Source of the DNA: a virus | Taxonomy: Duplodnaviria; Heunggongvirae; Uroviricota; Caudoviricetes | IMG/VR virus record: IMGVR_UViG_2671180986_000016 | Strand: one strand, 5' to 3' | DNA length: 9,532 nt | Shown here: piece after piece, positions 1-6,533 of the stretch | Numbering within the stretch: position 1 is the stretch's first letter | How the letters are laid out: every line of letters starts with the position of its first letter | The notes under the pieces: generated by a model | The model's input: the letters and a program-made list of their open reading frames with translations, nothing else | Databases searched by the model: none | What the model was told of the DNA's origin: nothing | Translations under genes and position numbers: made by a program

Positions 1-1239
1 ATGAGCAGCGCAATTCATAGACTTAGCGACACTCTTTTACGAAAATTAAGCGGATCACCAACCACAAAAAACGCCTTTTTTAATGACGGTGGCAATCTTA
101 GCGTAAGACATTCCACCAGCGGCCTGTTAACCTGGTATTTCACTTACAGGGCCGGAACTGGCAGGCAGGTATCACCGGAACGCCTGAGACTGGGCAACTA
201 TCCCGATCTGAGCCTGAAAGCAGCCAGGGAAAAAGCGGCACAGTGTCGCGCCTGGCTGGCTGAGGGGAAAAATCCGCGCTATGAGCTTAATCGTGCTGTA
301 CAGGATGCGTTAGCCCCCGTGACAGTTAAGGAAGCGCTCACTTACTGGCTTGAATCGTATGCAAAGGAAAAGCGCACTGACTACGAATCACTGAAAAGCC
401 GGATCAATAAACACATAATCAGCCAGATTGGCGCTTTGCCGTTGGAAAAATGCGAGCTACGGCACTGGTTGGCATGTTTTGACCAGATGGCAAAGCGAAG
501 CCCAGTATCTGCCGGATTTTTGCTACAGGTATGCAAACAGGCGCTTAAGTACTGCCGAAAACGACGATACGCAATCAGCAACGTTCTTGATGATATGGTT
601 GTCGGTGATGTGGGAAAAAAAGCAGAAATAAGCGAGCGCGTACTAACAAACAAGGAGCTTGGGGAATTACTCCGCGCCCTGGATGAAAAAATTTACCCAC
701 CGTACTACAGCGCCCTGATTCGCCTCCTGATTGTCTTCGGATGCCGTGCCACTGAGCTAAGACGCTCTGAGGTCCAGGAATGGGATTTTAAAGAAATGCT
801 CTGGACCGTGCCGAAAGAACACAGCAAAACGAAGGTAGCAATATTCAGGCCAATACCGGAAGCGATCTTGCCGTTCGTAACGAAGCTGGTGGAGCAGAAC
901 AGGCACACGGGATTATTGCTCGGAGAACTGAAAGGGCAATCATCCGTATCAGAGTACGGAAGAACGGCACACAGACGCATTAATCAAGCCCCCTGGACGT
1001 TGCACGACATCCGGCACACGTTTACAACGATGCTGAACGATTTAGGCGTGGATCCTCATGTAGTGGAGCAGCTAACCGCGCACCAGTTGCCAGGAGTGCA
1101 ACGAGTCTATAATCACTCCCGTTATCTCGATGCAAAACGTGACGCTCTTAATCTATGGGTTGAGCGTCTCGAGCTTCTCCAGAACAATGATGAAAAAATC
1201 GTTGTTATGACCCCGCGAATTTACTCCCAAAATTCTTGA
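1..1239 (+). CDS. int: Tyrosine-type site-specific integrase, P4-like (412 aa)
   Basis: Complete ORF from ATG at 1 to TGA at 1237-1239. C-terminal catalytic signature of tyrosine recombinases: conserved Arg context GCRATELRRSE, H-x-x-R in LHDIRHTFTTML, nucleophile Tyr region VYNHSRYLDAKR. N-terminal region resembles P4-type Int arm-binding domains. Followed by an alpA-like gene, as in P4-like islands. Confidence 0.9.
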   Translation: MSSAIHRLSDTLLRKLSGSPTTKNAFFNDGGNLSVRHSTSGLLTWYFTYRAGTGRQVSPERLRLGNYPDLSLKAAREKAAQCRAWLAEGKNPRYELNRAVQDALAPVTVKEALTYWLESYAKEKRTDYESLKSRINKHIISQIGALPLEKCELRHWLACFDQMAKRSPVSAGFLLQVCKQALKYCRKRRYAISNVLDDMVVGDVGKKAEISERVLTNKELGELLRALDEKIYPPYYSALIRLLIVFGCRATELRRSEVQEWDFKEMLWTVPKEHSKTKVAIFRPIPEAILPFVTKLVEQNRHTGLLLGELKGQSSVSEYGRTAHRRINQAPWTLHDIRHTFTTMLNDLGVDPHVVEQLTAHQLPGVQRVYNHSRYLDAKRDALNLWVERLELLQNNDEKIVVMTPRIYSQNS

Positions 1240-1280
1240 CAAATTACGGCTGTTTTTCTTGCGAAAAATGGCCCTCTAAA

Positions 1281-1317
1281 ATAAATCGTCGAATATCGGC
1301 AAATATCGACGATTTAT
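1281..1317. promoter_or_regulatory. 11-bp perfect inverted repeat ATAAATCGTCG / CGACGATTTAT with 15-bp spacer; candidate protein-binding site (operator or Int/AlpA site)
   Basis: Arms at 1281-1291 and 1307-1317 are exact reverse complements. Spacer and flank carry direct repeats AATATCG (1292-1298, 1302-1308) and ACTATCG (1326-1332). Sits about 40 bp after the int stop in a 410-bp AT-rich non-coding stretch. The AT-rich stem makes an intrinsic terminator unlikely. Confidence 0.3.
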
Positions 1318-1648
1318 ATGTGTCAACTATCGAAAAAAATTGAAATGTCTTCTTCTGAGTTCTTATTCTCTGTTTCTTGATTATTCCAATACCTGATGGT
1401 TTATCTATTTGTTTTTAATGAGGTAATTCAGGTGTCATGCCAAATGGCGACATTTTTTGTTGCGTCGCTTAAAAACTCGTGACACGATTTTAAACACTAA
1501 CGAGCTTCTACGAACCTTAGCGAACAAAGCCTTTAGCATGGTTGTGTTTTTAATTTAAGAGGTGAAAAAGAATCTAAGTAATATCCGATCTCATATATCT
1601 ACAGCTAAGAGAAAAGTTTATATACGTAATTTTTATGTAGGTTTTTGT

Positions 1649-1858
1649 ATGCGTGAAATAAATGAAGATCGCGTAATCCGTGAGGATGAATGTCGTAAGT
1701 TAACTGGAGTGTGCCGCACTACACGTTACGAACTGGAGAAAAAAGGGCGCTTTCCGTCACGTCTTAATCTGGGCGGTCGTTCTGTAGGGTGGCTGCTGTC
1801 CGAGGTTATGGAATGGGTTAAAAGCCGGGATCGCATTAATTCAGGTAAGGCAGTGTAA
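1649..1858 (+). CDS. alpA: AlpA-family (prophage CP4-57-type) transcriptional regulator, 69 aa
   Basis: MREINEDRVIREDECRKLTGVCRTTRYELEKKGRFPSRLNLGGRSVGWLLSEVMEWV... matches the AlpA pattern (HTH followed by LGxRSVGW...E...EW). ATG at 1649 gives the family-typical length of about 70 aa. The ORF-track start GTG 1562 (98 aa) has its AAGAGG motif directly abutting the start codon, so it is less likely. Confidence 0.8.
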   Translation: MREINEDRVIREDECRKLTGVCRTTRYELEKKGRFPSRLNLGGRSVGWLLSEVMEWVKSRDRINSGKAV

Positions 1859-1885
1859 AGGGGAGCATATGACACATAAAACAAA

Positions 1886-1905
1886 GGCGACCTGGGGCGG
1901 TCGCC
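1886..1905. terminator. GC-rich hairpin GGCGACC-TGGGGC-GGTCGCC flanked by A-tract (left) and T-run (right); probable bidirectional intrinsic terminator between convergent alpA and the leftward transcript
   Basis: Perfect 7-bp stem (1886-1892 / 1899-1905) with 6-nt loop. On the minus strand the hairpin is followed by TTTGTTTTAT (reverse complement of 1876-1885), a good U-tract. On the plus strand it is followed by AGTTTGG, a weaker one. Confidence 0.4.
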
Positions 1906-1969
1906 AGTTTGGAAACACTAAACATAAGCATGTCAATGATAGCCGCTATCAGGCTGGTGGGCAATGCTA

Positions 1970-2146
1970 TCAGTCTGTTTCAGTGCGTTGCCATAACTGC
2001 GAAGCTCTCTCCTTTGATGAGTATTCTTTAAGGTACTTCTCAAGGGCAAAAGAACACGGCGCGAATCGTTCTGATTCATGCTCTTTCTTTCTGCGTCGTC
2101 TTTTTCGTGCAGGTGATGTTTTTTTGGTTGATTCTTCGTTGGTCAT
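1970..2146 (-). CDS. Candidate small basic ORF (58 aa, MTNEESTKKTSPARKRRRRKKEHESERFAPCSFALEKYLKEYSSKERASQLWQRTETD); speculative
   Basis: Hand translation of the minus strand: ATG at 2146, stop at 1970-1972. It is in the same frame as the upstream RHH-like gene (TAA at 2204-2206) and 19 codons after it. It ends about 65 bp upstream of the hairpin at 1886-1905. Below the ORF-track length cutoff. Weak SD (AGGCG). Lys/Arg richness could simply reflect a T-rich intergenic stretch. Confidence 0.2.
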   Translation of the reverse strand: MTNEESTKKTSPARKRRRRKKEHESERFAPCSFALEKYLKEYSSKERASQLWQRTETD

Positions 2147-2203
2147 TGTGTGCGCCTGTAAAGCAATGCGCCGGAGTTCCTCACACCACGGCGCTGATAG
2201 TGA

Positions 2204-2509
2204 TTATTCTGATTCTTTGGCCTTGCGGCGCTGGAGTTCTTCGCGTGCAACGGTGATAAGCTGCCCGATTTCCTCCGCTGCCTTGATGCCGATTTGTTCG
2301 ACATTAGCTAGGGCATCCAGTGAAGACACAAGGGGATTTTCTCCACTTCCTTCTGCCTGGCGCCTGGCGATCTCACCGCGTACAGCCGTAACTATAAAAT
2401 TCGCTTTAGTTTCCCCTGGCTGTAGGGATGCCTCAATGCCACTCACTACTTCATGTGGAAATCTGGCATTCAGTTGCTGTGACTTATTGTTAACAGAACT
2501 CCTGGACAT
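2204..2509 (-). CDS. Small regulator, probable ribbon-helix-helix (CopG/Arc-like) DNA-binding protein, 101 aa; candidate repressor of the rightward operon
   Basis: Minus-strand ORF with preferred start ATG at 2509 (reverse complement of 2507-2509), preceded by a strong SD GGAGGTG (reverse complement of 2514-2520) at 6-nt spacing. The longer track ORF (start 2656) would begin upstream of this SD. The N-terminus KSQQLNARFPHEVVSGIEASL fits the RHH beta-strand plus helix pattern (x-R-F-P-x-E). Divergent from the rightward operon across an operator-containing region. Confidence 0.55.
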   Translation of the reverse strand: MSRSSVNNKSQQLNARFPHEVVSGIEASLQPGETKANFIVTAVRGEIARRQAEGSGENPLVSSLDALANVEQIGIKAAEEIGQLITVAREELQRRKAKESE

Positions 2510-2540
2510 GTTTGCACCTCCCATTAATAACGGGATGCAG

Positions 2541-2607
2541 TGTAATACAAAAGTGAATACCAAAAAAGACTTGAAATGGTATTCACCTAAATGTAATGTG
2601 AATACCA
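2541..2607. promoter_or_regulatory. Divergent promoter/operator region: three copies of the 10-bp site GTGAATACCA (two direct, one inverted) overlapping a candidate rightward sigma70 promoter
   Basis: GTGAATACCA at 2553-2562 and 2598-2607; reverse complement TGGTATTCAC at 2577-2586. Centre-to-centre spacing is 24 and 21 bp. Both direct copies are preceded by TGTAAT (2541-2546, 2592-2597). Candidate promoter: -35 TTGAAA (2571-2576), 17-bp spacer, -10 TAATGT (2594-2599). The middle site fills the spacer and the third site overlaps -10/+1. Confidence 0.5.
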
Positions 2608-2709
2608 CAAGTGCTGATACATGCAATTCAGCAATTGAAACGACGAAGCCCCGCAAGTGTCGTTACCACTCGCAGGGCTTCTAACCAACAACGTAAACGA
2701 GGAGCCGTT

Positions 2710-2907
2710 ATGGTTGCCGTAAATCATATACCACACCTTGTACACACACAAACGGCCTTTGTGTGGCGTTTTCTGGCCCTGAGTGCCGGAGAATCTCAAA
2801 TCATCCACGTAACCGCCTGGACGGAACGCGAAGCGCGTAACCGTTGCCCGTCAGGTTGTGTTGCTGTATTCGCCGCCCGTATTCGTCAGGAGGTGTGCCA
2901 TGCCTGA
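2710..2907 (+). CDS. Small protein, 65 aa, first gene of the rightward operon; possibly Icd-like (host cell-division inhibitor) family, function uncertain
   Basis: ATG at 2710 preceded by SD GAGGAG (2699-2704) at 5-nt spacing; stop TGA at 2905-2907 overlaps the next start (ATG 2900) by 8 nt. MVAVNHIPHLVHTQTAFVWRFLALSAGESQIIHVTAWTEREARNRCPSGCVAVFAARIRQEVCHA. The family guess rests on recalled resemblance (W/F-rich N-terminus, EREARxxL, FAxR...QEV) and typical position just upstream of the primase in P4-like islands. Confidence 0.5.
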   Translation: MVAVNHIPHLVHTQTAFVWRFLALSAGESQIIHVTAWTEREARNRCPSGCVAVFAARIRQEVCHA

Positions 2908-3140
2908 CATGACCAATTACCAGTACCTGATTAATCCGCATTTTAACTGTGAGCATGATATTGCTAAAAAGGTTTATTCCGCTGCGGATGGGGCTACTGA
3001 CAATATATCAATGGCTGTTGCGTCAATTGGTAGCCTGATGTGGCATGCGTCAGAAAATGAGGAATATGACGAAAAGGCTATGCGCATTGACATGGGTAAT
3101 ATTGGCTTGTTACTGGCAATGCTTGGGCAGTTTGATATTT
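2900..3140 (+). CDS. Unknown protein, N-terminal 80 aa visible, 3' end hidden in masked block 3141-4461
   Basis: ATG at 2900 (alternative ATG 2909) with strong SD AGGAGG (2888-2893) at 6-nt spacing. MPDMTNYQYLINPHFNCEHDIAKKVYSAADGATDNISMAVASIGSLMWHASENEEYDEKAMRIDMGNIGLLLAMLGQFDI... Its reading frame differs from that of the primase/helicase segment after the mask, so it is probably a separate gene unless the mask hides a frameshift. Confidence 0.45.
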
Positions 3141-5876
3141 NNNNNNNNNNNNNNNNNNNNNNNNNNNNNNNNNNNNNNNNNNNNNNNNNNNNNNNNNNNN
3201 NNNNNNNNNNNNNNNNNNNNNNNNNNNNNNNNNNNNNNNNNNNNNNNNNNNNNNNNNNNNNNNNNNNNNNNNNNNNNNNNNNNNNNNNNNNNNNNNNNNN
3301 NNNNNNNNNNNNNNNNNNNNNNNNNNNNNNNNNNNNNNNNNNNNNNNNNNNNNNNNNNNNNNNNNNNNNNNNNNNNNNNNNNNNNNNNNNNNNNNNNNNN
3401 NNNNNNNNNNNNNNNNNNNNNNNNNNNNNNNNNNNNNNNNNNNNNNNNNNNNNNNNNNNNNNNNNNNNNNNNNNNNNNNNNNNNNNNNNNNNNNNNNNNN
3501 NNNNNNNNNNNNNNNNNNNNNNNNNNNNNNNNNNNNNNNNNNNNNNNNNNNNNNNNNNNNNNNNNNNNNNNNNNNNNNNNNNNNNNNNNNNNNNNNNNNN
3601 NNNNNNNNNNNNNNNNNNNNNNNNNNNNNNNNNNNNNNNNNNNNNNNNNNNNNNNNNNNNNNNNNNNNNNNNNNNNNNNNNNNNNNNNNNNNNNNNNNNN
3701 NNNNNNNNNNNNNNNNNNNNNNNNNNNNNNNNNNNNNNNNNNNNNNNNNNNNNNNNNNNNNNNNNNNNNNNNNNNNNNNNNNNNNNNNNNNNNNNNNNNN
3801 NNNNNNNNNNNNNNNNNNNNNNNNNNNNNNNNNNNNNNNNNNNNNNNNNNNNNNNNNNNNNNNNNNNNNNNNNNNNNNNNNNNNNNNNNNNNNNNNNNNN
3901 NNNNNNNNNNNNNNNNNNNNNNNNNNNNNNNNNNNNNNNNNNNNNNNNNNNNNNNNNNNNNNNNNNNNNNNNNNNNNNNNNNNNNNNNNNNNNNNNNNNN
4001 NNNNNNNNNNNNNNNNNNNNNNNNNNNNNNNNNNNNNNNNNNNNNNNNNNNNNNNNNNNNNNNNNNNNNNNNNNNNNNNNNNNNNNNNNNNNNNNNNNNN
4101 NNNNNNNNNNNNNNNNNNNNNNNNNNNNNNNNNNNNNNNNNNNNNNNNNNNNNNNNNNNNNNNNNNNNNNNNNNNNNNNNNNNNNNNNNNNNNNNNNNNN
4201 NNNNNNNNNNNNNNNNNNNNNNNNNNNNNNNNNNNNNNNNNNNNNNNNNNNNNNNNNNNNNNNNNNNNNNNNNNNNNNNNNNNNNNNNNNNNNNNNNNNN
4301 NNNNNNNNNNNNNNNNNNNNNNNNNNNNNNNNNNNNNNNNNNNNNNNNNNNNNNNNNNNNNNNNNNNNNNNNNNNNNNNNNNNNNNNNNNNNNNNNNNNN
4401 NNNNNNNNNNNNNNNNNNNNNNNNNNNNNNNNNNNNNNNNNNNNNNNNNNNNNNNNNNNNNGCTATTCGCAGAACGCCATTAAATCGGCGGTCGATACCA
4501 TGAAGTTAAGTTTGCCTGTAATGGGGAATACAGCCCGTAACCTGATTGGATTCAGTAACGGGGTATTTGATACCAGAACAGGTAATTTTCGGGAGCATAA
4601 CAAAAACGACTGGTTGTTAATTGCCAGTGAATTACCTTTCAGCCCACCAGCAGAGGGGGAAACGCTGGCAACACATGCGCCGAATTTCTGGAAGTGGTTA
4701 CGCCGTTCGGTGGCTGAGAATGACCGCAAGGCGGATCGCGTACTGACTGTATTATTCATGGTGCTGGCGAACCGGTACGACTGGCAGTTATTCATTGAGG
4801 TAACAGGTCCAGGGGGAAGTGGTAAAAGCGTGATGGCGGAGATTTGCACCATGCTGGCGGGTAAGGCCAACACAGTATCGGCAAGCATGAAGGCGCTGGA
4901 AGATGCAAGGGAACGCGCGTTAGTGGTTGGCTTTTCGCTGATTATCATGCCGGATATGACCCGCTACGCTGGTGATGGGGCAGGGATTAAGGCCATTACA
5001 GGCGGTGACAAGGTGGCAATTGACCCGAAACACAAAGCCCCCTACTCAACGCGTATTCCGGCAGTAGTGCTGGCGGTTAACAATAACGCCATGTCATTCA
5101 GTGACCGCAGCGGGGGGATCTCACGTCGTCGGGTGATATTCAATTTTTCGGAAGTTGTACCGGAGAACGAACGCGACCCCATGCTGGCAGAAAAAATAGA
5201 AGGAGAGCTGGCGGTTGTGATTCGCCACCTGCTTACTCGTTTTTCTGACCAGGACGAAGCTAAACGCCTGCTGTATGAGCAGCAGAAATCAGAAGAAGCT
5301 CTGGTGATAAAACGCGAGGGCGATTCGCTGGTGGACTTCTGCGGCTATCTCATGTCGTCGGTAATGTGTGATGGTCTGTTAGTGGGTAATGCCGAAATTA
5401 TTCCGTTCAGTCCGCGCAGGTATCTTTATCACGCCTATCTGGCATATATGAGGGCACACGGATTCGGTAAACCTGTAACACTGACGCGCTTCGGTAAAGA
5501 TATGCCGGGGGCAATGGCGGAATATGGCAGGGAGTATATGAAACGGAAAACGAAGCACGGTTTGCGTTCAAANNNNNNNNNNNNNNNNNNNNNNNNNNNN
5601 NNNNNNNNNNNNNNNNNNNNNNNNNNNNNNNNNNNNNNNNNNNNNNNNNNNNNNNNNNNNNNNNNNNNNNNNNNNNNNNNNNNNNNNNNNNNNNNNNNNN
5701 NNNNNNNNNNNNNNNNNNNNNNNNNNNNNNNNNNNNNNNNNNNNNNNNNNNNNNNNNNNNNNNNNNNNNNNNNNNNNNNNNNNNNNNNNNNNNNNNNNNN
5801 NNNNNNNNNNNNNNNNNNNNNNNNNNNNNNNNNNNNNNNNNNNNNNNNNNNNNNNNNNNNNNNNNNNNNNNGGTGA
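3141..5876 (+). CDS. P4 alpha-type primase / SF3 (D5-like) replicative helicase; both ends lie in masked sequence, visible part is 4462-5572 (C-terminal helicase region)
   Basis: Visible 370 aa carry Walker A GPGGSGKS, Walker B-like hydrophobic strand ending in D (LIIMPD), and the D5_N / P4-family primase C-terminal domain pattern (NLIGFSNGVFDTRTG..., VVLAVNNNAMSF). The start is somewhere in mask 3141-4461 and the true stop is probably inside mask 5573-5871; the coordinates given are only the envelope of the open frame (first visible in-frame stop TGA 5874-5876). Confidence 0.75.
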   Translation, partial: XXXXXXXXXXXXXXXXXXXXXXXXXXXXXXXXXXXXXXXXXXXXXXXXXXXXXXXXXXXXXXXXXXXXXXXXXXXXXXXXXXXXXXXXXXXXXXXXXXXXXXXXXXXXXXXXXXXXXXXXXXXXXXXXXXXXXXXXXXXXXXXXXXXXXXXXXXXXXXXXXXXXXXXXXXXXXXXXXXXXXXXXXXXXXXXXXXXXXXXXXXXXXXXXXXXXXXXXXXXXXXXXXXXXXXXXXXXXXXXXXXXXXXXXXXXXXXXXXXXXXXXXXXXXXXXXXXXXXXXXXXXXXXXXXXXXXXXXXXXXXXXXXXXXXXXXXXXXXXXXXXXXXXXXXXXXXXXXXXXXXXXXXXXXXXXXXXXXXXXXXXXXXXXXXXXXXXXXXXXXXXXXXXXXXXXXXXXXXXXXXXXXXXXXXXXXXXXXXXXXXXXXXXXXXXXXXXXXXXXXXYSQNAIKSAVDTMKLSLPVMGNTARNLIGFSNGVFDTRTGNFREHNKNDWLLIASELPFSPPAEGETLATHAPNFWKWLRRSVAENDRKADRVLTVLFMVLANRYDWQLFIEVTGPGGSGKSVMAEICTMLAGKANTVSASMKALEDARERALVVGFSLIIMPDMTRYAGDGAGIKAITGGDKVAIDPKHKAPYSTRIPAVVLAVNNNAMSFSDRSGGISRRRVIFNFSEVVPENERDPMLAEKIEGELAVVIRHLLTRFSDQDEAKRLLYEQQKSEEALVIKREGDSLVDFCGYLMSSVMCDGLLVGNAEIIPFSPRRYLYHAYLAYMRAHGFGKPVTLTRFGKDMPGAMAEYGREYMKRKTKHGLRSXXXXXXXXXXXXXXXXXXXXXXXXXXXXXXXXXXXXXXXXXXXXXXXXXXXXXXXXXXXXXXXXXXXXXXXXXXXXXXXXXXXXXXXXXXXXXXXXXXXXX

Positions 5877-5964
5877 ACAGTTGGTGAATAGTTTTTGTGA
5901 AACTGTTAACCCATTAACATCATGAATAAAAAGGGAAAATTGCAAAAGGTGAACAGGTGAAGGG
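5872..5964. repeat. Iteron cluster of P4 alpha type-I sites (TGTTCACC, seen here as its reverse complement GGTGAACA); probable ori/crr-like replication region
   Basis: GGTGAACAG at 5872-5880 and 5948-5956 (perfect). Degenerate copies GGTGAATAG at 5883-5891 and GTGAAGGG at 5957-5964. Flanking repeats AAAATTGCAAAA (5936-5947) and AAAATGCAAAA (5967-5977). Located immediately downstream of the primase/helicase gene; more copies may lie in the adjacent mask. Confidence 0.55.
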
Positions 5965-6007
5965 TTAAAATGCAAAAATTTTATTTTATTGCTGTGAGGT
6001 AAAGCCT

Positions 6008-6253
6008 GTGACAACGAAGCACGCCAAAAAACCACAATCTCACGCCCTTGATTTGACAGAACACTGGCTGAGGGTGGCGATAAAAATCATCGACCGCAAC
6101 GCCGGGGAAGGATACGCGAAAGCACATCCCGAACTGATAAGCGCATTCATGACCACGACGGCGGCAAACTTTGCCACGCTGACAGAACGGGAGATTGCCG
6201 AAGCGGAACAGGTGACAACCATCAACGTTAAAACCGGAGAGCAGACAGCATGA
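6008..6253 (+). CDS. Hypothetical protein, 81 aa
   Basis: GTG start at 6008 with SD GAGGT (5996-6000) at 7-nt spacing; stop TGA at 6251-6253 overlaps the next gene's ATG (ATGA). Protein-like composition (MTTKHAKKPQSHALDLTEHWLRVAIKIIDRNAGEGYAKAHPELISAF...). No family recognised. Confidence 0.5.
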   Translation: MTTKHAKKPQSHALDLTEHWLRVAIKIIDRNAGEGYAKAHPELISAFMTTTAANFATLTEREIAEAEQVTTINVKTGEQTA

Positions 6254-6533
6254 CAGCACAGATAGCGGCTTACGGGCGGCTGGTGGCTGACCCGCAGTTA
6301 AAGACCACCAGCAAGGGTACGCAAATGACGATGGCGAGTATGGCGGTTCCCCTGCCGTGCAGCCAGGCAGATGACGGAACGGCGACGATATGGTTATCCG
6401 TCCTGGCGTTTGGCAGACAGGCTGACGCACTGGCAAAGCACCAGAAAGGCGAGCTGGTGAGCGTGGCGGGTAACATGCAGGTAAGCCAGTGGACAGGCCA
6501 GAACGGAGAAACGCGGCAGGGCTGGCAGGTTAT
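6250..6533 (+). CDS. Single-stranded DNA-binding protein-like OB-fold protein; 3' end in masked block 6534-7327
   Basis: ATG at 6250 with SD GGAGA (6236-6240). The visible 95 aa align by eye to the bacterial SSB OB fold: TIWLSVLAFGRQADALAKHQKGELVSVAGNMQVSQWTGQNGETRQGWQV compares with E. coli SSB [52 protein letters not shown]. Confidence 0.7.

Noticed and set aside
381-980. ORFs inside the integrase gene (381..653 -, 428..631 +, 705..980 -)
   Set aside because: They are fully embedded in the integrase ORF in other frames or antisense, with low-complexity composition and no start signals.
1562-1858. Longer 98-aa version of the AlpA ORF starting at GTG 1562
   Set aside because: The AAGAGG motif abuts the GTG with essentially no spacer, and the extra 29 residues are not part of the roughly 70-aa AlpA family. 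ATG 1649 is preferred, though the GTG start is not fully excluded.
2151-2175. GCGCC...GCGCC near the 3' end of the RHH gene as a terminator
   Set aside because: The two copies form a direct repeat with only a 4-bp self-complementary GCGC core and no adjacent U-tract. The hairpin at 1886-1905 is the better terminator.
1869-2684. Plus-strand 271-aa ORF
   Set aside because: It is antisense to the well-supported RHH-like gene and runs through the terminator hairpin and the operator region, with Cys/Ser/Arg-rich composition typical of a non-coding frame. Only its first codons, with SD GGGGAG after alpA, could be real; this is noted in a finding rather than called.
2587-2907. ORF 2587..2808 (-) and the long form of 2611..2907 (+, 98 aa)
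   Set aside because: Both overlap the operator/promoter region. The plus-strand gene has a clear SD only for the internal ATG at 2710, and the minus-strand ORF is antisense to it.
2858-5876. ORF-track entries 2858..4483 (541 aa) and 3045..5876 (943 aa), and other long ORFs whose translations are mostly X
   Set aside because: They are open only because N-masked blocks have no stop codons. Their reported ends are set by sequence on the far side of the mask in an arbitrary frame. Only the unmasked segments with start signals or recognisable motifs were used.
4463-6436. Minus-strand ORFs 4463..4948, 5568..6035, 5981..6436, 6040..6225
   Set aside because: They are antisense to the primase/helicase with its clear P-loop motifs or to the coupled 81-aa/SSB genes, or run through the mask and iteron region. 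No RBS and non-protein-like composition.
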